In this document: one piece after another, positions 61,839 through 64,000 of the stretch
How positions within the stretch are numbered: position 1 is the stretch's first letter
How the letters are laid out: each line of letters opens with the position of its first letter
DNA from: Psammoneis japonica
Taxonomy: Eukaryota
DNA length: 64,000 nt
Direction: 5' to 3'
Assembly: GCA_008632985.1 (NCBI GenBank)
Contig: QPGO01000077.1
Coordinates: 248,001 to 312,000 of the forward strand
Program-made: the position numbers and the translations under genes
Notes under the pieces: generated by a model
Database searches by the model: none
What the model saw: the letters and a program-made list of their open reading frames with translations, nothing else
Told to the model about the DNA's origin: nothing

Positions 61839-64000
61839 ATGGGCAACTCCGAATCCACGCGTCCGTTAGAACAGTGGAACAAGGACGATGTGGCGAATTC
61901 TGTCGCGTCGTTGGGTGGACCAAAGTACAAGGAATACGCGTCTTCGATTCGCGATTCCGGAATTGACGGCGGTCTCTTGACCTCCCTGGAGGACAAGAGC
62001 GAACTGCAAGACATGATGGACGAGTTGGAGATTTCGTCCAAGATTCATCGAAGAGTGATTGCGCGAGCACTGGAGTCGTCACTTGAGGATCATCAGGAAA
62101 AAGAAGACAAGACTACTGCAGCTATCATTGCTGTCGAGACGACGTCCAAACAAGTCGTGCCGGATTTTTTGGCTGCAGAAGAGTACGGCTTGACCGCCTT
62201 TACGCCTGTTTCCGAGATGCATGAGTTGGATGGACTCTCCCAACAACTCTTGCGATCCAATTCCAACACGAGTTATGCCGGCGTCCACTTATGTCGAACT
62301 GACGGGATGCACGTATTGTGTGGAAACCTGCGTGGACCGAATGGACAAGTCACGCCTATGGATCGAGGGAAAATTATGGACCATGGACAAAGTTTTTGTT
62401 CTCAATTGGTGCTGGACAAGTCGAAAGATTTTGTCATTCGTGAGGCGACGCTTGAGGCATACCGTTCCATTGGATCCACCTATGTGGGCCACGTTCTCAA
62501 AAACGAGCACGGGGCAAGGCTGGGTGTGGTGTGTCAATTTACGACAGACTCGTTTCACGAAAGTCAACGAGACGCAGAGTCCCTTCGACTCGTGTCTGCC
62601 GAGATTGCAGCCATGATGGAACAACAACTCCGGCTACGAAAACAATTACTCGATCGAAACAAGTCTCTTTCAGAACAAGTTGAGACCTCCAAAAAGGAAT
62701 ACATGGACATGGTGAGAAATCAAGAGCAGGTACAACGACAAGAAGACATAGCGAAGAGCGAATCACGTTCAGTTGAAGACCCATGTACGAACTCGACCTT
62801 GTTGCCGTTTGTCGCAAAGTCATATCTGGCGTCCGAGCTGGAAAGGGAGCACATTCCTGCCTCGGTTGACAAAGAGGCGTTTCTTCTCGGCATGCCAAAG
62901 CCACCAATTGGAAAAGACGACATGGCTCGCGTAGCCAGGGTGGAAGCCTTGGGGTTGCACAATATCGATCCAAACTCGCCTATGGCCAAGCAGCTCAAGG
63001 GATTAATCGCCCGGACTTGTTCCTTGTTTGGATTTCCGATCGTGACTATTACGATTCACAACCACATGCATCAATTTTGCTTAGGCATGATTGACAGTGG
63101 CCTTGGCATCATCGACGTCATGGACGTAGTCAACCGTGATGTGGAAGGAACGCCGTTTTGTTTGTCATATACACGAGGCGTCTCCGCCTGCAACTACACA
63201 ATTCTCAAACGACGCACTTTTATGGTACCCGACATGAGCAAGGACGAAACGTTCAAAAATTACGGCGCCACGACAAACAGTCCATTGCGTGCCTATGTTG
63301 GGACCCCAATAATCTCTTCGGACGGATACGTTGTGGCTGTGCTTTGCATGCTGGACTCGGTTCCTAGATACGATTTCACAAAATCTCACGAATTGGAAAT
63401 TGAACGAATGGCTCTCCTCGTCACACAGAGTATTGAGAATTGGGAGCATCGTCGCCTGATGGATCAACTCCTAGAAGAACGTAAGCTTCTTGAACAGCTC
63501 AAAAGCTCCATGGCGATGCAGGCAAGCAAAAAGCGCGAAGCGCCATCTGGTGAGGTCACAATCGTACTAACGGATATTCAGGGCTCAACAGCGTCGTGGG
63601 AGGCTGACGCTGAAGCCATGAAGGAAGCACTGATCCTTCACGATCAAATAATCCGAAAATGCGTCTCTCATCACAGTGGCTACGAGATCAAGACTGAAGG
63701 TGACGCATTCCATTTGGCATTTCATGATCCCTTGGACGCCATTGGCTTTGCCCTTCAGGCTCAGATTGACTTGTACAAGGCGAATTGGTCCGACAATATT
63801 CTTGCCTTGCCCGATGCAGGCGTCGATGGAGACGGCTGTTTTCGTGGCCTTCGTGTTCGGATGGGTATCCACCATGGCAGCGCTACGCCACAGATCAACG
63901 AAGTCAGTGGGCGTGCATTATATTCTGGGAAAACGTTTCGGGTAGCAAAGAGTGTGGAGGCTCTGTGTTTTGGTGGACAGATACTCGCAACGGCCGAAAC
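61839..64000 (+). CDS. Myristoylated SAM-GAF-GAF class III cyclase, copy B (runs off the window end)
   Basis: Near-identical to about 50632-52795. Missing from the ORF track, presumably because no stop lies in the window. Confidence 0.88.
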   Translation, partial: MGNSESTRPLEQWNKDDVANSVASLGGPKYKEYASSIRDSGIDGGLLTSLEDKSELQDMMDELEISSKIHRRVIARALESSLEDHQEKEDKTTAAIIAVETTSKQVVPDFLAAEEYGLTAFTPVSEMHELDGLSQQLLRSNSNTSYAGVHLCRTDGMHVLCGNLRGPNGQVTPMDRGKIMDHGQSFCSQLVLDKSKDFVIREATLEAYRSIGSTYVGHVLKNEHGARLGVVCQFTTDSFHESQRDAESLRLVSAEIAAMMEQQLRLRKQLLDRNKSLSEQVETSKKEYMDMVRNQEQVQRQEDIAKSESRSVEDPCTNSTLLPFVAKSYLASELEREHIPASVDKEAFLLGMPKPPIGKDDMARVARVEALGLHNIDPNSPMAKQLKGLIARTCSLFGFPIVTITIHNHMHQFCLGMIDSGLGIIDVMDVVNRDVEGTPFCLSYTRGVSACNYTILKRRTFMVPDMSKDETFKNYGATTNSPLRAYVGTPIISSDGYVVAVLCMLDSVPRYDFTKSHELEIERMALLVTQSIENWEHRRLMDQLLEERKLLEQLKSSMAMQASKKREAPSGEVTIVLTDIQGSTASWEADAEAMKEALILHDQIIRKCVSHHSGYEIKTEGDAFHLAFHDPLDAIGFALQAQIDLYKANWSDNILALPDAGVDGDGCFRGLRVRMGIHHGSATPQINEVSGRALYSGKTFRVAKSVEALCFGGQILATAE

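Larger units (their letters stand above)
58660..64000 (+). repeat. Tandem segmental duplication of about 43259-52795 (without the Helitron)
   Basis: Same order and orientation: NAT 3' end, F-box, Cys-rich secreted gene, cyclase. Confidence 0.93.

Overview
Eukaryotic genomic DNA, most likely a pennate diatom. The evidence is short GT-AG introns, bipartite signal plus 'ASAF'-type plastid targeting on ClpR, a DUF6824-type gene and RXL-type secreted proteins. There is one assembly gap (4688-5586) and many single-base indels that look like consensus errors. Host genes: DUF1269-like membrane protein, NADPH:quinone oxidoreductase, DUF6824 protein, secreted beta-propeller protein, HisIE, RPL14, a plastid 5-blade glycosidase-like protein, a Pro/Thr-rich KGK-motif extracellular protein, VPS35, mitochondrial ATP synthase b, plastid ClpR, two paralogous secreted proteins, UTP25 and arylamine N-acetyltransferase. 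A tandem segmental duplication carries an F-box/Cys-rich gene, a small Cys-rich secreted gene and a myristoylated SAM-GAF-GAF-cyclase. The main observation is five multi-kb zones (about 2.1-4.3, 11.6-16.3, 34.8-36.5, 45.4-50.4 and 53.2-58.5 kb) that are almost free of the dinucleotide TpA. Two zones contain recognisable transposon remnants (piggyBac plus Copia, and a Helitron); the other three are presumed to. The duplicated copies show the direction of change: TA to TG or TA to CA, i.e. A to G at TpA on either strand. This converts Tyr to Cys/His, spreads into flanking host genes, is separable from CpG decay, and is not triggered by duplication alone. It looks like a transposon-targeted adenine hypermutation system, opposite in direction to fungal RIP. 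The mechanism is inferred; no causal enzyme is visible in the window.
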